Source of the DNA: a virus
Lineage: Duplodnaviria > Caudoviricetes
IMG/VR virus record: IMGVR_UViG_3300002053_000022
Span: 1-60,090 of that record
DNA: 60,090 bases
Strand: one strand, 5' to 3'
Shown here: in pieces, positions 37,169 through 47,849 of the stretch
Layout: the number at the start of each line of letters is the position of its first letter
Numbering within the stretch: position 1 is the stretch's first letter
The notes under the pieces: generated by a model
Seen by the model: the letters and a program-made list of their open reading frames with translations, nothing else
What the model was told of the DNA's origin: nothing
The model's database searches: none
Translations under genes and position numbers: made by a program

Positions 37169-39009
37169 TATGCTACTCCTCTTTGAAAGCTTCTAGTTCC
37201 TAAATCTGGTATTTCATCATCTAATATATTAATATCATCTTGTGCCCAAATACTTGTGTCAGATCTTTTAATATAAACTTCTTTTTGATTTACAACGCTT
37301 GGATGTTTCATAATTTGATGTTCTATTTCAGCATAAATAACATTTTCTCCAGTTTCTAATGATTCTAAATATGTTTCAATGTTTGCTATGACATCATCCC
37401 TTATTGTTATAAAATCAGCTAAAGGATCAATATATATAATTCCTTTTACATCTATATCAATTTCTGTTGCTTCGTTTATAACAAATTGAATTCCTATTGG
37501 AGACAATCCTCCACCATCTATATAATCTAAAGCCTCTTCTAATTCAGCAGCAAGATTAACAAAACCGAATCCATCTTCTGTTGCTAAAACAACTGTATAT
37601 GCTGCTCCATTATATAATGTTTTAAACATCATATCTCTATCTTCTTCTCCAGTCCAAACTACACCAGAACGAGTGTAAAGTTGGTATCTTGGGCCTGAAC
37701 CATATTGAGCACCACTAACAGTATAAAATTCCCAATAGTGTGTTGATGCGTCAAATCCAGTTATTCCGTCTTCTGAAGGATGTAAATAAATATCAAATCT
37801 ATATGTCTTTGTTTTATCTAATCCATTATATTTCATATCAAAATTAATATCTTGAAATCCAGTTATAGTAGGATCTAAATCAATTTCTCTCATTATTTTT
37901 GTTGCGTCTGGCAAATAATATCCAGTTGGGCTTGTATTTAATCTTACACCACATGTCACTGCTGGAGGATTGTTTACTGCTCTTCCTTTTAATGTAACTC
38001 TACCCATTGATAATACTAAATCACCAGGAACAAAAGATTGACTTATCTTTGTATCATAAGTATCTGCTCTTATAATACCTAAATTTGTTGGGTTATCCCA
38101 GTCTGTAACTGCTGTTTGATCAACACCTTTATCTTGTGTCACTTTTACTGCTCTAACACCATCAATTCCAGCCGCAATATCTCTAACCTTTTCAAGTGTA
38201 AATTGTCTTCTTTGAGCTTGTAATAGCCTTTCTCTATATCTATCATCGGCTTCACGATCTGCCCCTCCAGATATTCCTCTACTATTAGCTACACTCAAAT
38301 AAGGATATGTGACAGAGGTTGTAACTTCTCCTATTTTTGCATTGCTCACAACTCCAGATGTTAATGCTGTGACTTCTATTTGTTTTGTCACAGTTCCTTG
38401 AACTTGAACATAATATTGTTCATTTTCTAATAAGTATCCAGAACTACCAGCAAGCCAAATAATATTGTTTTTATATGTAGGATCTAAAGAATACAAAGAT
38501 GATGGTATTGTTACATCTTTTTCATCAAATATATTAACAATTTGATTTACATAAATATATCCATTTGTGAAATAATCTGTTGATTCTCCAGTTCTTCCTT
38601 TTGACATTAAAATTTTAAATTCTATTGTGTCAGCTTCGTCTGTTGCATAAGCATTTAATGATGACGAAAATTGTGTTCCTTCTGGAATACCAATTGATGC
38701 TCCAGTTATATTTGTAGAAACATCAACATATCCTTGTGCATGTCTTGCTCCTCTTCTTCTTAATCCCGCTTCTATTCCATGTCTATCTAACCATTCACCA
38801 ACGGCGTTTCTTATAGACATTTGTTCAGAAGCTGTTTCTAACATTGTTTCATAATAAAATTCATCAATGGCATGTACTTTCATTTGTTGCCATAAAATAG
38901 AACTAGGTGAAAAATTAACAACAGTAAAGATATTTTTTGCTTTTTCTTCGTAATCTTCAACTATTTCTCTTGCGCTTCTTGGTGTAAATCCTTCATCTGT
39001 AAATGGCAT
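37168..39009 (-). CDS. Baseplate J-like protein
   Basis: A.GEWLDRHG...R..A..A.G and GGADREAD..YRERL. Confidence 0.88.
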   Translation of the reverse strand: MPFTDEGFTPRSAREIVEDYEEKAKNIFTVVNFSPSSILWQQMKVHAIDEFYYETMLETASEQMSIRNAVGEWLDRHGIEAGLRRRGARHAQGYVDVSTNITGASIGIPEGTQFSSSLNAYATDEADTIEFKILMSKGRTGESTDYFTNGYIYVNQIVNIFDEKDVTIPSSLYSLDPTYKNNIIWLAGSSGYLLENEQYYVQVQGTVTKQIEVTALTSGVVSNAKIGEVTTSVTYPYLSVANSRGISGGADREADDRYRERLLQAQRRQFTLEKVRDIAAGIDGVRAVKVTQDKGVDQTAVTDWDNPTNLGIIRADTYDTKISQSFVPGDLVLSMGRVTLKGRAVNNPPAVTCGVRLNTSPTGYYLPDATKIMREIDLDPTITGFQDINFDMKYNGLDKTKTYRFDIYLHPSEDGITGFDASTHYWEFYTVSGAQYGSGPRYQLYTRSGVVWTGEEDRDMMFKTLYNGAAYTVVLATEDGFGFVNLAAELEEALDYIDGGGLSPIGIQFVINEATEIDIDVKGIIYIDPLADFITIRDDVIANIETYLESLETGENVIYAEIEHQIMKHPSVVNQKEVYIKRSDTSIWAQDDINILDDEIPDLGTRSFQRGVA

Positions 39010-39398
39010 TATACTCCTTCTCCTAATGTTTCTTGTAATGATATAATAGATCCAAATCTACTTTGAACTGATATTGTTACTTTCAATTCTTGTCCAACTC
39101 TTTTTACATTTAAATAATCAACTTGAGCTATTAATATTTCCTTTTCTTGACTTAGAGCATCAGCTAATAGGCTTTCAACCAGTTGTGATGGAGCACCTTG
39201 ACTGTGAAGTCTTATTGCTTGTTCTAAATCAAAACCATAGTATATGTTCCATATTTCAGAACCAGTTTGACAATTTAATAAATTGTCGACTATTTGATAA
39301 AACGCATAGTTATCATTGACTTGTATATAGTCTCCATTGCTTCCCAAAATTGGGTCTCCCGTTCTTAAGTCTAATAAAACTCCTACCATTTTAATCAC
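39009..39398 (-). CDS. Baseplate gp25/gpW-like protein
   Basis: GE-like...YGFD motif; directly upstream of J. Confidence 0.7.
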   Translation of the reverse strand: MIKMVGVLLDLRTGDPILGSNGDYIQVNDNYAFYQIVDNLLNCQTGSEIWNIYYGFDLEQAIRLHSQGAPSQLVESLLADALSQEKEILIAQVDYLNVKRVGQELKVTISVQSRFGSIISLQETLGEGV

Positions 39399-39419
39399 TT
39401 CTATACATATAAGTATTTT

Positions 39420-39593
39420 TTAAATATATAAATCTAAATGTTTTTTAATTTTTGATTTGCTTTTCTTACTTGCGGTATCCAATATTTTTCTTAGAACGAA
39501 ACTTATAATTTTAATTCCCTCATCTAAGTCTATTTTACCGTTTTCAATTTCCTCTAATTTTTCAATTAATTCTTCAAGATTTTTAAACTTCAT
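39420..39593 (-). CDS. Small helical protein (57 aa, not in ORF track)
   Basis: MKFKNLEELIEKLEEIENGKIDLDEG...; ATGA overlap. Confidence 0.5.
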   Translation of the reverse strand: MKFKNLEELIEKLEEIENGKIDLDEGIKIISFVLRKILDTASKKSKSKIKKHLDLYI

Positions 39594-40054
39594 TTTTCTA
39601 ATTCATTTATTCTTTCTTCCAAAGAAATAATTATTGTGTGTAGTTCATTAATTTGAGTTTGTAATAATTCTACAATATTAGAATGTTCGTCTTCTAATGG
39701 ATCTGGGATATTTTCATTCCATTTACCATTTTCATAATATGTTCTATATTCTGATTCTGGTGGCGGTTCTTCTATCCATATTTCTTTATTAAATTTATTC
39801 TTTGCTACCATTACTGGAGAACCATTGTCTTTATGATAAACTGTTATAATTTCCTCTATTATCCAATTTCCATCAACAAATCGTGCTATCTCTCCTTTTT
39901 TTGTTTTTGGTGGCTCTATTAATGTTGATCTCGCAGGCATTAAAAACATTTTCTTACCAGTTTTTTTAGATGCTACTGGATTTTTTTGTCTTTTTACTAT
40001 ACCAGCATAATAACCGTTCCAATCATATTTATAACATTCATTTTCTTTTAACAT
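39590..40054 (-). CDS. Tail fibre assembly chaperone-like protein
   Basis: LMPARSTLIEPP...ARF..GNW; follows the collar protein. Confidence 0.6.
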   Translation of the reverse strand: MLKENECYKYDWNGYYAGIVKRQKNPVASKKTGKKMFLMPARSTLIEPPKTKKGEIARFVDGNWIIEEIITVYHKDNGSPVMVAKNKFNKEIWIEEPPPESEYRTYYENGKWNENIPDPLEDEHSNIVELLQTQINELHTIIISLEERINELEK

Positions 40055-40062
40055 AAAATCCC

Positions 40063-40848
40063 CTATAATTTAATTATAAAATTTATATAAGCATTTTTTG
40101 GTCTTGTTTCTGTACTTCCTCCAGCGTTTTGGTTTGTTGGAGTTTCATAAGATGTATATGTACCAGCATTTTGTATGTTAAATGGTGCTGGAAAATATTG
40201 TGACATATTTAAAGAACTACTGTAATAACAAGTATGTCTATGTTGGTTTTGTATATGTGTGTGTGTTTCAAATTCATCGTCTTGAATAGAACCTACAGCA
40301 TCGCCAGTATTACCACCGAGATTCATAGCAAGTCTACCAGCGGCATCTGGGTCTCTTCCAGCACCATTATCAATGCCTCTGAGAAATCTTCCTTCAAAGT
40401 CTGGAATATTAAACCAACTTACGCCAGAAGAACCGAACGCAGTACTAATTGCATTAAATAATCTTGGGTAATCCGTTCTTTTTAATGAAGATCCATCACA
40501 CATTAAATATCCGCTTGGTGCAGATGATCCTCCATAAGAAAATATTAAACCAGCAGGTAAAACTTCTGCTGGAACTATACTAGCCCATTTACTTTCATTA
40601 TCATCCCAAATTTCGAGATTTGTTCTACTTGCTTTTAATCTGTAACTATTCCATAATCCAACTTCAAATTCTTCTGCTCCACTAACACCAACCATTCTAA
40701 AATATGAGTCTCCTTTCTTAATGTATCCTCCATCAGTAATATCTACTGGTTCGTATCCACTTGGAATGGTTCCTTTATATGTAGATAAAAATAATATAAC
40801 ACCGCTTGTTGTGGGTGGTGTTCCTCCTCCTTTATAATACCAAACCAT
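40063..40848 (-). CDS. Phage tail collar domain protein
   Basis: PAG.I..Y....P.GYLMCDG, LF.AI, F.IPD.RG-like and ETRPKN..INFIIK. Confidence 0.9.
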   Translation of the reverse strand: MVWYYKGGGTPPTTSGVILFLSTYKGTIPSGYEPVDITDGGYIKKGDSYFRMVGVSGAEEFEVGLWNSYRLKASRTNLEIWDDNESKWASIVPAEVLPAGLIFSYGGSSAPSGYLMCDGSSLKRTDYPRLFNAISTAFGSSGVSWFNIPDFEGRFLRGIDNGAGRDPDAAGRLAMNLGGNTGDAVGSIQDDEFETHTHIQNQHRHTCYYSSSLNMSQYFPAPFNIQNAGTYTSYETPTNQNAGGSTETRPKNAYINFIIKL

Positions 40849-40849
40849 T

Positions 40850-42646
40850 TTAATCAGCCTTTGTTTTTGTTGTATTATCCGTACATGGATTTGTATTAGA
40901 TGGTGTTGCTGGCCCAGTTACACTTGGCCCTGGCATAACACCACTATGGGTGTGTGAGAAAACATGGTCGTGATTTGCGTGTGCTAGTGCTTTTGCTCCA
41001 CCAGCAAGATTTACAGCAGAAGCATCCGCACCTATATTTACTACTCCAGTTGTATTAACTGTTATAGTTCCACCACTTGTACCATTTTCTATTGTTATTT
41101 CATTACCAGATATTATTATAACTTTTCCCTGAACATTAATTTTAAACTCACTATTAGAATCGCCAGTCATTTCAAAATAATTGTTACCATTCTTGCTAAT
41201 AATGAAATGTCCAGAAGTTTCAAACCTTAAATAAGGTTCATTAAAGTCTGGAATACTGTCGTCTATTGGAAATTTAAGAGGTTGATAAGTAAAATCTCCT
41301 AATTGTGTTATATATAATGTTGGGCCTGAATCACCGAGAAACTCTGGCATTGTAAATCTAAAATCTTCCTTTTCTTTATAAGGAATTCCAAAGTTTGGGT
41401 CTCCGTTTCCATAAACAAAAGGCCCCATTACGGCTTCTTCTACTCTATCGTGAACATAAAATATTATTGAGTTAGGTGCGTTCTTTGGATCACTTATAGA
41501 AGGAAAAAATAATCCAGCATTATTATCTACATATTGAGATGTTCTACCAACCCTTAACAATTCATAATATGCTTCGTCTGTTTCTATAACAACATTTCTC
41601 GGAACTTTTTTCTCCCATTGTTCTAAATCCTTTTGAATACTAACAACATCCACATAAGGATGTGTTCCAGTATCATCTAAAATTCTACCTACTCTTATTT
41701 GATTGAAAAGTGTTGTTTTAGAAAATAACATTAATGCCTCTTCTCTTTCTTCGGCATTTTCCAATGATCTATGATATAAATCGTGATTTATACTTTCTCC
41801 TCTTTCTATGAAACATGCTTTAGTTGTATCACCATCAGCTCCAGCCCAATGTACAAACCAAATACATCTAAGAGGAATTAATTCTTCTCCTTGTAATAAA
41901 TCATAATTATAAGAAATTCCCATTGATGTGGCTTCAAATGCTACTTTTGTGAAAAATAAACTTTTTGTAATTGTATTAACTGTTTTCTTTTTAAAAGGAT
42001 CGTTAGCAACCAATTCTTTATATGCGTGTAATTCTGGCCCTATAAATAATATTCCGTGATGTATAGCCCATTCAAATCCTTGTTCTTTTGCTATATAATC
42101 AATAAAATCATAGACAGTCCATGTTGGTTCGCAAGTAAATGTTGGATATTCAAATTGAATTGATTTTTTGTCTTTGTCGTCATGTTCCTCAAATTTAAGA
42201 CCGAATATTCCTTTCTTTTCTATAACTTCTCTTAATAATCCTTCTACTGTTCTTTTTTCATCATAAGGAAGAGTTCCTACATCATAATCAATTAATCTTG
42301 TTTGTAATGTTGCCCAATCCTCAGAAACAGCAAACACTTTTACTTTATCTTCTGAAAAATCTGTATCTACATGTAAAACTCTAAATTGTTCTCTATAATA
42401 TGCTGATTTTGTATCTCCAGCAATATACAGTTTTAAATCTAATGAATATCTATCAAAATTATAAGATTCTAAATCTTTATGAACATACCAAATTAAATAA
42501 GAAGGTAATCCGAACATTCCTTGAAATACTTTTATTTTATCCAAATATCTCGAACCAATAGACGGAAAACTACCTATCATTGAAATACTTTCTCCTGGTT
42601 CATCAAATGGAACATATTGTCTTATAGCCCAACCCGCATTGGTCAT
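40850..42646 (-). CDS. Baseplate hub-spike fusion (VgrG/gpV-like tip)
   Basis: Beta-repeat C-terminus ending HANHDH..HTHSGV. Confidence 0.65.
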   Translation of the reverse strand: MTNAGWAIRQYVPFDEPGESISMIGSFPSIGSRYLDKIKVFQGMFGLPSYLIWYVHKDLESYNFDRYSLDLKLYIAGDTKSAYYREQFRVLHVDTDFSEDKVKVFAVSEDWATLQTRLIDYDVGTLPYDEKRTVEGLLREVIEKKGIFGLKFEEHDDKDKKSIQFEYPTFTCEPTWTVYDFIDYIAKEQGFEWAIHHGILFIGPELHAYKELVANDPFKKKTVNTITKSLFFTKVAFEATSMGISYNYDLLQGEELIPLRCIWFVHWAGADGDTTKACFIERGESINHDLYHRSLENAEEREEALMLFSKTTLFNQIRVGRILDDTGTHPYVDVVSIQKDLEQWEKKVPRNVVIETDEAYYELLRVGRTSQYVDNNAGLFFPSISDPKNAPNSIIFYVHDRVEEAVMGPFVYGNGDPNFGIPYKEKEDFRFTMPEFLGDSGPTLYITQLGDFTYQPLKFPIDDSIPDFNEPYLRFETSGHFIISKNGNNYFEMTGDSNSEFKINVQGKVIIISGNEITIENGTSGGTITVNTTGVVNIGADASAVNLAGGAKALAHANHDHVFSHTHSGVMPGPSVTGPATPSNTNPCTDNTTKTKAD

Positions 42647-43710
42647 CCGAAAAATCTCCTCTCTATTAATCCTGGTATTCTTGTTCTTACAGTTGTTGTT
42701 ACTATTTCTCCCGTTGTTGGATCTCTAATTCTTTTTTCTTTAACTTGTTCTGTTCCGAAAAAGTTTTTCCACATTTGGTTTCCAAATCCTGCTACTTCAT
42801 CAGCTTGAAATCCTGGACTTAATACTTGTAACAACATTGATGGCATTATTTCAGCTACTGCTTTGTAATAAAAATTCTTTGTTCTTGGGTGAATTTCTTG
42901 TGATTGTGAAGATTCTGGAACTTTATATACTACGATTTCTTCTCCTTCTTCTCCTTCTTTTTTAGATGGTAATCTAACCTTAGCAAATTCATAAGGAGGT
43001 TCTGGTTCATATTTTCTAAAGAAAATTGTATATGTTACTGCTTGTCTTCCATCTTCTTCTATTTCTTGTCTCCAACTATAAGTTTCTATATACATAGACA
43101 TATAAATACGATTTCTTGTTATAATTGGAAATGTAGCATGATGTTCTCTGAATCCTTCGTCGTTTGCGTTTAATTCAAATTCTTGCCATGGGTCAACTGT
43201 TGTTGAAGCAGTTGTTAAAGCACTTAAACTTGGATAACGAGGAATACTTAAACTTTCTATATAATCTGCTGCTTCTCTAAAAACATCAATCATTGTTGAA
43301 GATCCATACAAAAATAAAAAGTCTAACATATTTAAAAATAAAAATCTGTTTGGGCCCCAAGCCTTTCCCACAATTCTTAATGATTCGTTTCCTCCGTCTT
43401 GGTGTGCTAAGAAAACTCCTCCATTAGCACGATACTTAACTTCTCTATCTGAAATACCGTGACTTAATTCTGATACTGTTCCTAATGGAATTCCACCAAT
43501 TACGGCCGCTGGTTGTATATCACCAAGATTTCCAAAATAATATCTTGCTAACATATAACTTAATGTAACAGCTGTTGTCATTCCTTGCATTGCGCTTTGA
43601 CCCAATATTTGAGTTACCGCTGGAAATAATACTGCTCCAGAAAAAAATCCAGCTATAACACTACCAGCTGCACCAATACCAGGATCTTCTCCACTATTTA
43701 TAATTGTCAT
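42643..43710 (-). CDS. Tail/baseplate tube-initiator-like protein
   Basis: Position; paralog of the adjacent gene. Confidence 0.45.
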   Translation of the reverse strand: MTIINSGEDPGIGAAGSVIAGFFSGAVLFPAVTQILGQSAMQGMTTAVTLSYMLARYYFGNLGDIQPAAVIGGIPLGTVSELSHGISDREVKYRANGGVFLAHQDGGNESLRIVGKAWGPNRFLFLNMLDFLFLYGSSTMIDVFREAADYIESLSIPRYPSLSALTTASTTVDPWQEFELNANDEGFREHHATFPIITRNRIYMSMYIETYSWRQEIEEDGRQAVTYTIFFRKYEPEPPYEFAKVRLPSKKEGEEGEEIVVYKVPESSQSQEIHPRTKNFYYKAVAEIMPSMLLQVLSPGFQADEVAGFGNQMWKNFFGTEQVKEKRIRDPTTGEIVTTTVRTRIPGLIERRFFG

Positions 43711-45017
43711 TATACACCACTCATAAATGCCATTGCGAATGCAAATCCCATATCAACCGCATCCACATCAAAATATTTTTCTGTTTTCCAACTATTGTGA
43801 TCAACTGCTATATATTCTTTTCCGTATTTTAGCATTCTCCAACTAAAATTAATGAAATATCTTAATACATGTTCTGTTTTTGTTCTTCTCTTAGCTCTGA
43901 AATAATTATTTTCAGCGTCAGAAATCCATTCTCTTGGTTCATCATAAGTTCTCAACAGAATATCATAATTAATTGTATCTTTTAATCCTTCAAGAGTTTC
44001 TTCAAAAGAGAATGTTTCTATATAACAATTTGGAATTATTTCGTGTGTTGTTACAACTGGAAATCTTAAATGTTTTATATATGATGGTGATTCAACTAAA
44101 ACATCTTCTATTCTTGCAGAAGGAGTTATTGGGCCTGTTCCTTCTCTAAATGCTCCACCAGTTATATCAGCATCACTTAAACTTGTTACATTTCCACTTT
44201 CTGGATCTATTTGTTGAACATATCCTCCACTCATTAATGTTAAAAGCCATAATAACGATAAAAATAGAAATTTTAATGAACCAGTTAGTTTACCAGTTAT
44301 TTTAACACTATCTCTTCCACCTAATTGGTGTGCTAAGAAAATACTTCCAACTGCTCTGAATTTTACTTCTTTATTTGAATGAGCAACTTCAATAAGTTGA
44401 ATAGATGTTGGAGAACCTACACCTAATCCTCCTAATGGAATTGGCCCTATTGTAACTTCATTATCAGTAATTAAATTAAATGCTACTTGTAACATTACTG
44501 TTATTGTTCGCATAGAAGCCTCAAATGTTCTTGCTGCTAATCTTTCCTTGACTTCTCTTAAACTTGTTCCAACTCTTGCGACAGCTCTTCTTATTTTATC
44601 AGTATGTAATATTATCTGTTCTTTTATGGATTCTTTATCATTCTTTAATTCAGTAAATGTGAATTCCCAATCACTAACTCTTTTTGTTAATCTAAATTCT
44701 TTATGTTTTTCAACAAACATATTAACTTTTCTGATTAACTTAGAGCCATTAAATTTTTTTATTAATCTTTGTAAATCTTTTTTTGAAATGCCAAAACTTT
44801 GATCGTTTATTGTCTCGGCAAATTCTGTTAATGTGTTGTAAGAACTAGTTAAAAAAGGTCTAACTTCTTCTATGTTTTTCCAACTACCTAATCTCGTTTC
44901 TACTTTATCCATTAATTCAGCAGCAAGATCTTTTGCTTCCGTAGCTGTAAATCCAATTTTATGTTCAAGTCTATAAAGTAATTTACTTCTGACTGCCGCT
45001 CTTGTAGTTGCACTCAT
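43710..45017 (-). CDS. Tail/baseplate tube-initiator-like protein
   Basis: Shares VK(F/Y)RA.G..FLAHQ.GG and FP..T...YIET with the neighbouring gene. Confidence 0.45.
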   Translation of the reverse strand: MSATTRAAVRSKLLYRLEHKIGFTATEAKDLAAELMDKVETRLGSWKNIEEVRPFLTSSYNTLTEFAETINDQSFGISKKDLQRLIKKFNGSKLIRKVNMFVEKHKEFRLTKRVSDWEFTFTELKNDKESIKEQIILHTDKIRRAVARVGTSLREVKERLAARTFEASMRTITVMLQVAFNLITDNEVTIGPIPLGGLGVGSPTSIQLIEVAHSNKEVKFRAVGSIFLAHQLGGRDSVKITGKLTGSLKFLFLSLLWLLTLMSGGYVQQIDPESGNVTSLSDADITGGAFREGTGPITPSARIEDVLVESPSYIKHLRFPVVTTHEIIPNCYIETFSFEETLEGLKDTINYDILLRTYDEPREWISDAENNYFRAKRRTKTEHVLRYFINFSWRMLKYGKEYIAVDHNSWKTEKYFDVDAVDMGFAFAMAFMSGV

Positions 45018-46624
45018 GTTAATTTACCTTTTTCGTCTTTTTTAATATTCTTTTCTTCTGGAGATTCTGGCATTAACTTTGCTTTAATAAAATTAACAGA
45101 CGGCTTAATATCTTCTCTTAATAATTTCTCGCTTCTATTCATAGATGCCTTTGTTTCTATTGCAGTTTCTTTTATTCTGCCCAATTCTCCTATAACTTTA
45201 TTTAAATTGTCAATCATGTTTTTTTCTGCGTCAATTATAACCTCACGAATTTCTCGTGTATCGTTTTTAATCTTAAACAATTCTTTAAAATCAATATCTG
45301 TTTGAAACGCTTCAATTAATCTTCTAACAAGAGGATCGTCTTTACTTTCGGAAGCTCTTTCAATTTCTCCTAACCCAAATATTTCTGATAATTGCTCTAA
45401 TTCTTCTGGTTTAGAAACATTAATTAATTGTCTCAAAAATCCTAATCTTTCAAATTCTTCTGGTGTTTGTGGTGGTGCCGCTCCACCTAACATTCTCAAA
45501 GCCAAAGTTTTCATAAAAGCTGCTAATCCTTCTCCAGTTGCGCCAGTTGCACCAGGAAATACAATTCTTCCTTCTCTAATTCCTCTAAACAATGCAGATT
45601 TAGATAAACCTTCTGGAATATCCTCAAATTCTTTTCTTAAATCTTCTTCTTCTGCAACATCTTCTCTTAAATTATTTAAAAGAATTAAAACTTCGCCAAT
45701 TTTATCTCCCAAAAACATATCCATTCCTTTAAAACCATCTGACAATGCCGCAATTTCTTCTCTTAATTCTTGAATTGGTACTGTTAAATTTTCTCCTCTT
45801 AAATCTTCTGCCACTTGATCTAGTGTTGCTTGTAACACTTCGTCAAGTTCTCCAATTTTTTCGTCAAAAACTTTTCTCAAGTTGTCGTCGAGATCGTTTT
45901 TAAATTCTTTTAACTTCTCTATAATAACTTGTCCCATCGCAATCCTAAGTCCTTGGTTAGTAAATCTATTTTTTATTTCTCTCTCTGCTCCTTCTGCATA
46001 CAGATAAGCAGTATAAGCCCATGCAACCTCGCTCATAAGATCTTCTCCAACTCTTTCCAAAAGAATATTTAATTTTTCTTTTATATCTTCTGATTGCGAA
46101 AATGTTGCCATATCTTTATATATTAAATCTAAATTTATTTTTATTTTATTCCATAAATCATCAAGATCTTCTTTAAGAAAATCCGAAAATTGTTCTACTA
46201 AATCTCTTAATTGTTCATCACTTATTTCTATATTACCAAATGCTTTTATTAGCTCATCTATTTTATCAGACATTTGTTTTGAAGTTAATTCTATTCCTTC
46301 TATCTTTCCTTGAAGGCTCAAACTATCGGCTAATAATGCAGAAATAACTTCCATATCTAATTCGTGAAGCCAGTCTTTAAATAATTTGTTAAACTTTTCT
46401 TCCCATTCTGGAAATATTTGTTTTATTTCATCAAACTGCTTTTTTAGACTTTCAAAACTCATTAATAAACCAGTAAAATCGTTTTGTGTTACCATTTGTG
46501 GAAAAACGACTTCTATTCTTCCACCAGTTTGTTGAATACTACTTAATATATTGTATAAATCTTCTAAATCAGATCCTTCCTCAATTTTTACTGCAATTAT
46601 TAATTGATCTATTGGTTGTGACAT
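45014..46624 (-). CDS. Tape-measure-like helical protein
   Basis: Long alpha-helical protein after tube and chaperone genes. Confidence 0.5.
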   Translation of the reverse strand: MSQPIDQLIIAVKIEEGSDLEDLYNILSSIQQTGGRIEVVFPQMVTQNDFTGLLMSFESLKKQFDEIKQIFPEWEEKFNKLFKDWLHELDMEVISALLADSLSLQGKIEGIELTSKQMSDKIDELIKAFGNIEISDEQLRDLVEQFSDFLKEDLDDLWNKIKINLDLIYKDMATFSQSEDIKEKLNILLERVGEDLMSEVAWAYTAYLYAEGAEREIKNRFTNQGLRIAMGQVIIEKLKEFKNDLDDNLRKVFDEKIGELDEVLQATLDQVAEDLRGENLTVPIQELREEIAALSDGFKGMDMFLGDKIGEVLILLNNLREDVAEEEDLRKEFEDIPEGLSKSALFRGIREGRIVFPGATGATGEGLAAFMKTLALRMLGGAAPPQTPEEFERLGFLRQLINVSKPEELEQLSEIFGLGEIERASESKDDPLVRRLIEAFQTDIDFKELFKIKNDTREIREVIIDAEKNMIDNLNKVIGELGRIKETAIETKASMNRSEKLLREDIKPSVNFIKAKLMPESPEEKNIKKDEKGKLT

Positions 46625-47253
46625 TATACAACACCTCCTAATAATTCTCTAATATCCATTTTGTCCCCAGATTTTGAAATTGTGTGTTTTACTGGTTTCT
46701 TTCCTTTTGTTTTTGATAAAATAAGAAAATCTCTTTGAAGTTTAGTCATTCCAGCTAGTTCGGATAGAGGAACATTCAAATTAAAAACTATACTAGCAAC
46801 TATTTCTCCCTCTTCATCTCTAACTATTTCTTCGATGATTTCTTTAGGTTGATAAGAAAAAGTTAATATTTTAGTTGCCATTTTATGAATATGTTGCATT
46901 TGCTGAACTATCTTAATTCCTTTAGGAAACTCTCTTTCAAGTTTTTGAAAATCTAAGTCTTGGAAGTCTTTCATTCCATAATAAACGATCCAATAATCCA
47001 AACGATCAAAATATTTCTTAAGTTCAGCAAGTTTTTTATTGGATACTTCTATTTTATCTTGAGGTTTGATTAAAGATAATTTTAACTTGACGACTAAATC
47101 AGCTATTTCTTCGTCTGCACCAACAAGAGATTTATAAAAACAGTCGTCAAGTTCGTATGAAGAAATAGGTCGGAGAGGCAATTGCTCCCCATTATAATTA
47201 AAAAAAAATACTTCCTTAGTACCAAGAGTTATATGTTTGATCATATAAACCAC
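46624..47253 (-). CDS. Tail assembly chaperone-like protein
   Basis: Position between tube and tape measure. Confidence 0.45.
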   Translation of the reverse strand: MVYMIKHITLGTKEVFFFNYNGEQLPLRPISSYELDDCFYKSLVGADEEIADLVVKLKLSLIKPQDKIEVSNKKLAELKKYFDRLDYWIVYYGMKDFQDLDFQKLEREFPKGIKIVQQMQHIHKMATKILTFSYQPKEIIEEIVRDEEGEIVASIVFNLNVPLSELAGMTKLQRDFLILSKTKGKKPVKHTISKSGDKMDIRELLGGVV

Positions 47254-47259
47254 GGTGTT

Positions 47260-47847
47260 CTACTTTTTTGGTAAAGTTGTGGCATAAGTACCGTCCCCTT
47301 CAATCATAATATCAAAGTCTGCTCCTAATGCTGCCGCTAATCCAGTTGAATCTAAAATTCTATGTCTTAATGCGACGCATTCAAATTCTCTAACAGGAAA
47401 TTCTGCGACATTATAATTAGTTCTTTCAGTTGTAACTCTACAACCTAAGAAATCTTCGTAACCATCAATCCAAATTCCTTCGTGTGGATTATTTTCTAAA
47501 TTTCCATCTAGTTCATCAGAAGCTAGTGTTAATTGAATATCAAAAGGAATTTTTGAAGCCGCAAGTCTTCTCATTTGTTCAAAAGAAGTTCCACTCTCTT
47601 TTGTGAAGATTGTTACTCTAATATCTGGCACACCATCTTGCCATCCTTGTCCGTAAACTTCTAGTGAATTTATCTTTGTTAATGGTCTGCTAATTGTTGC
47701 TGCGCTTCTATCAACACCATAAATTTCAAAATCTCCTTCATCAGCACCTTCTGCTTTAGCAAATAATGAAGACGGATAGATAACGCTCCACAATAATCTA
47801 ACATCCCAAGTCTTAAAATTATTGCTTAATAATGGATCTGTTGACAT
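47260..47847 (-). CDS. Tail tube protein
   Basis: Immediately after sheath; beta-rich; size fits. Confidence 0.6.
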   Translation of the reverse strand: MSTDPLLSNNFKTWDVRLLWSVIYPSSLFAKAEGADEGDFEIYGVDRSAATISRPLTKINSLEVYGQGWQDGVPDIRVTIFTKESGTSFEQMRRLAASKIPFDIQLTLASDELDGNLENNPHEGIWIDGYEDFLGCRVTTERTNYNVAEFPVREFECVALRHRILDSTGLAAALGADFDIMIEGDGTYATTLPKK

Positions 47848-47849
47848 TT

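Noticed and set aside
39420-39593. Exonuclease VII small subunit (XseB) resemblance
   Set aside because: Similarity is limited to a low-complexity helical pattern and there is no large subunit.
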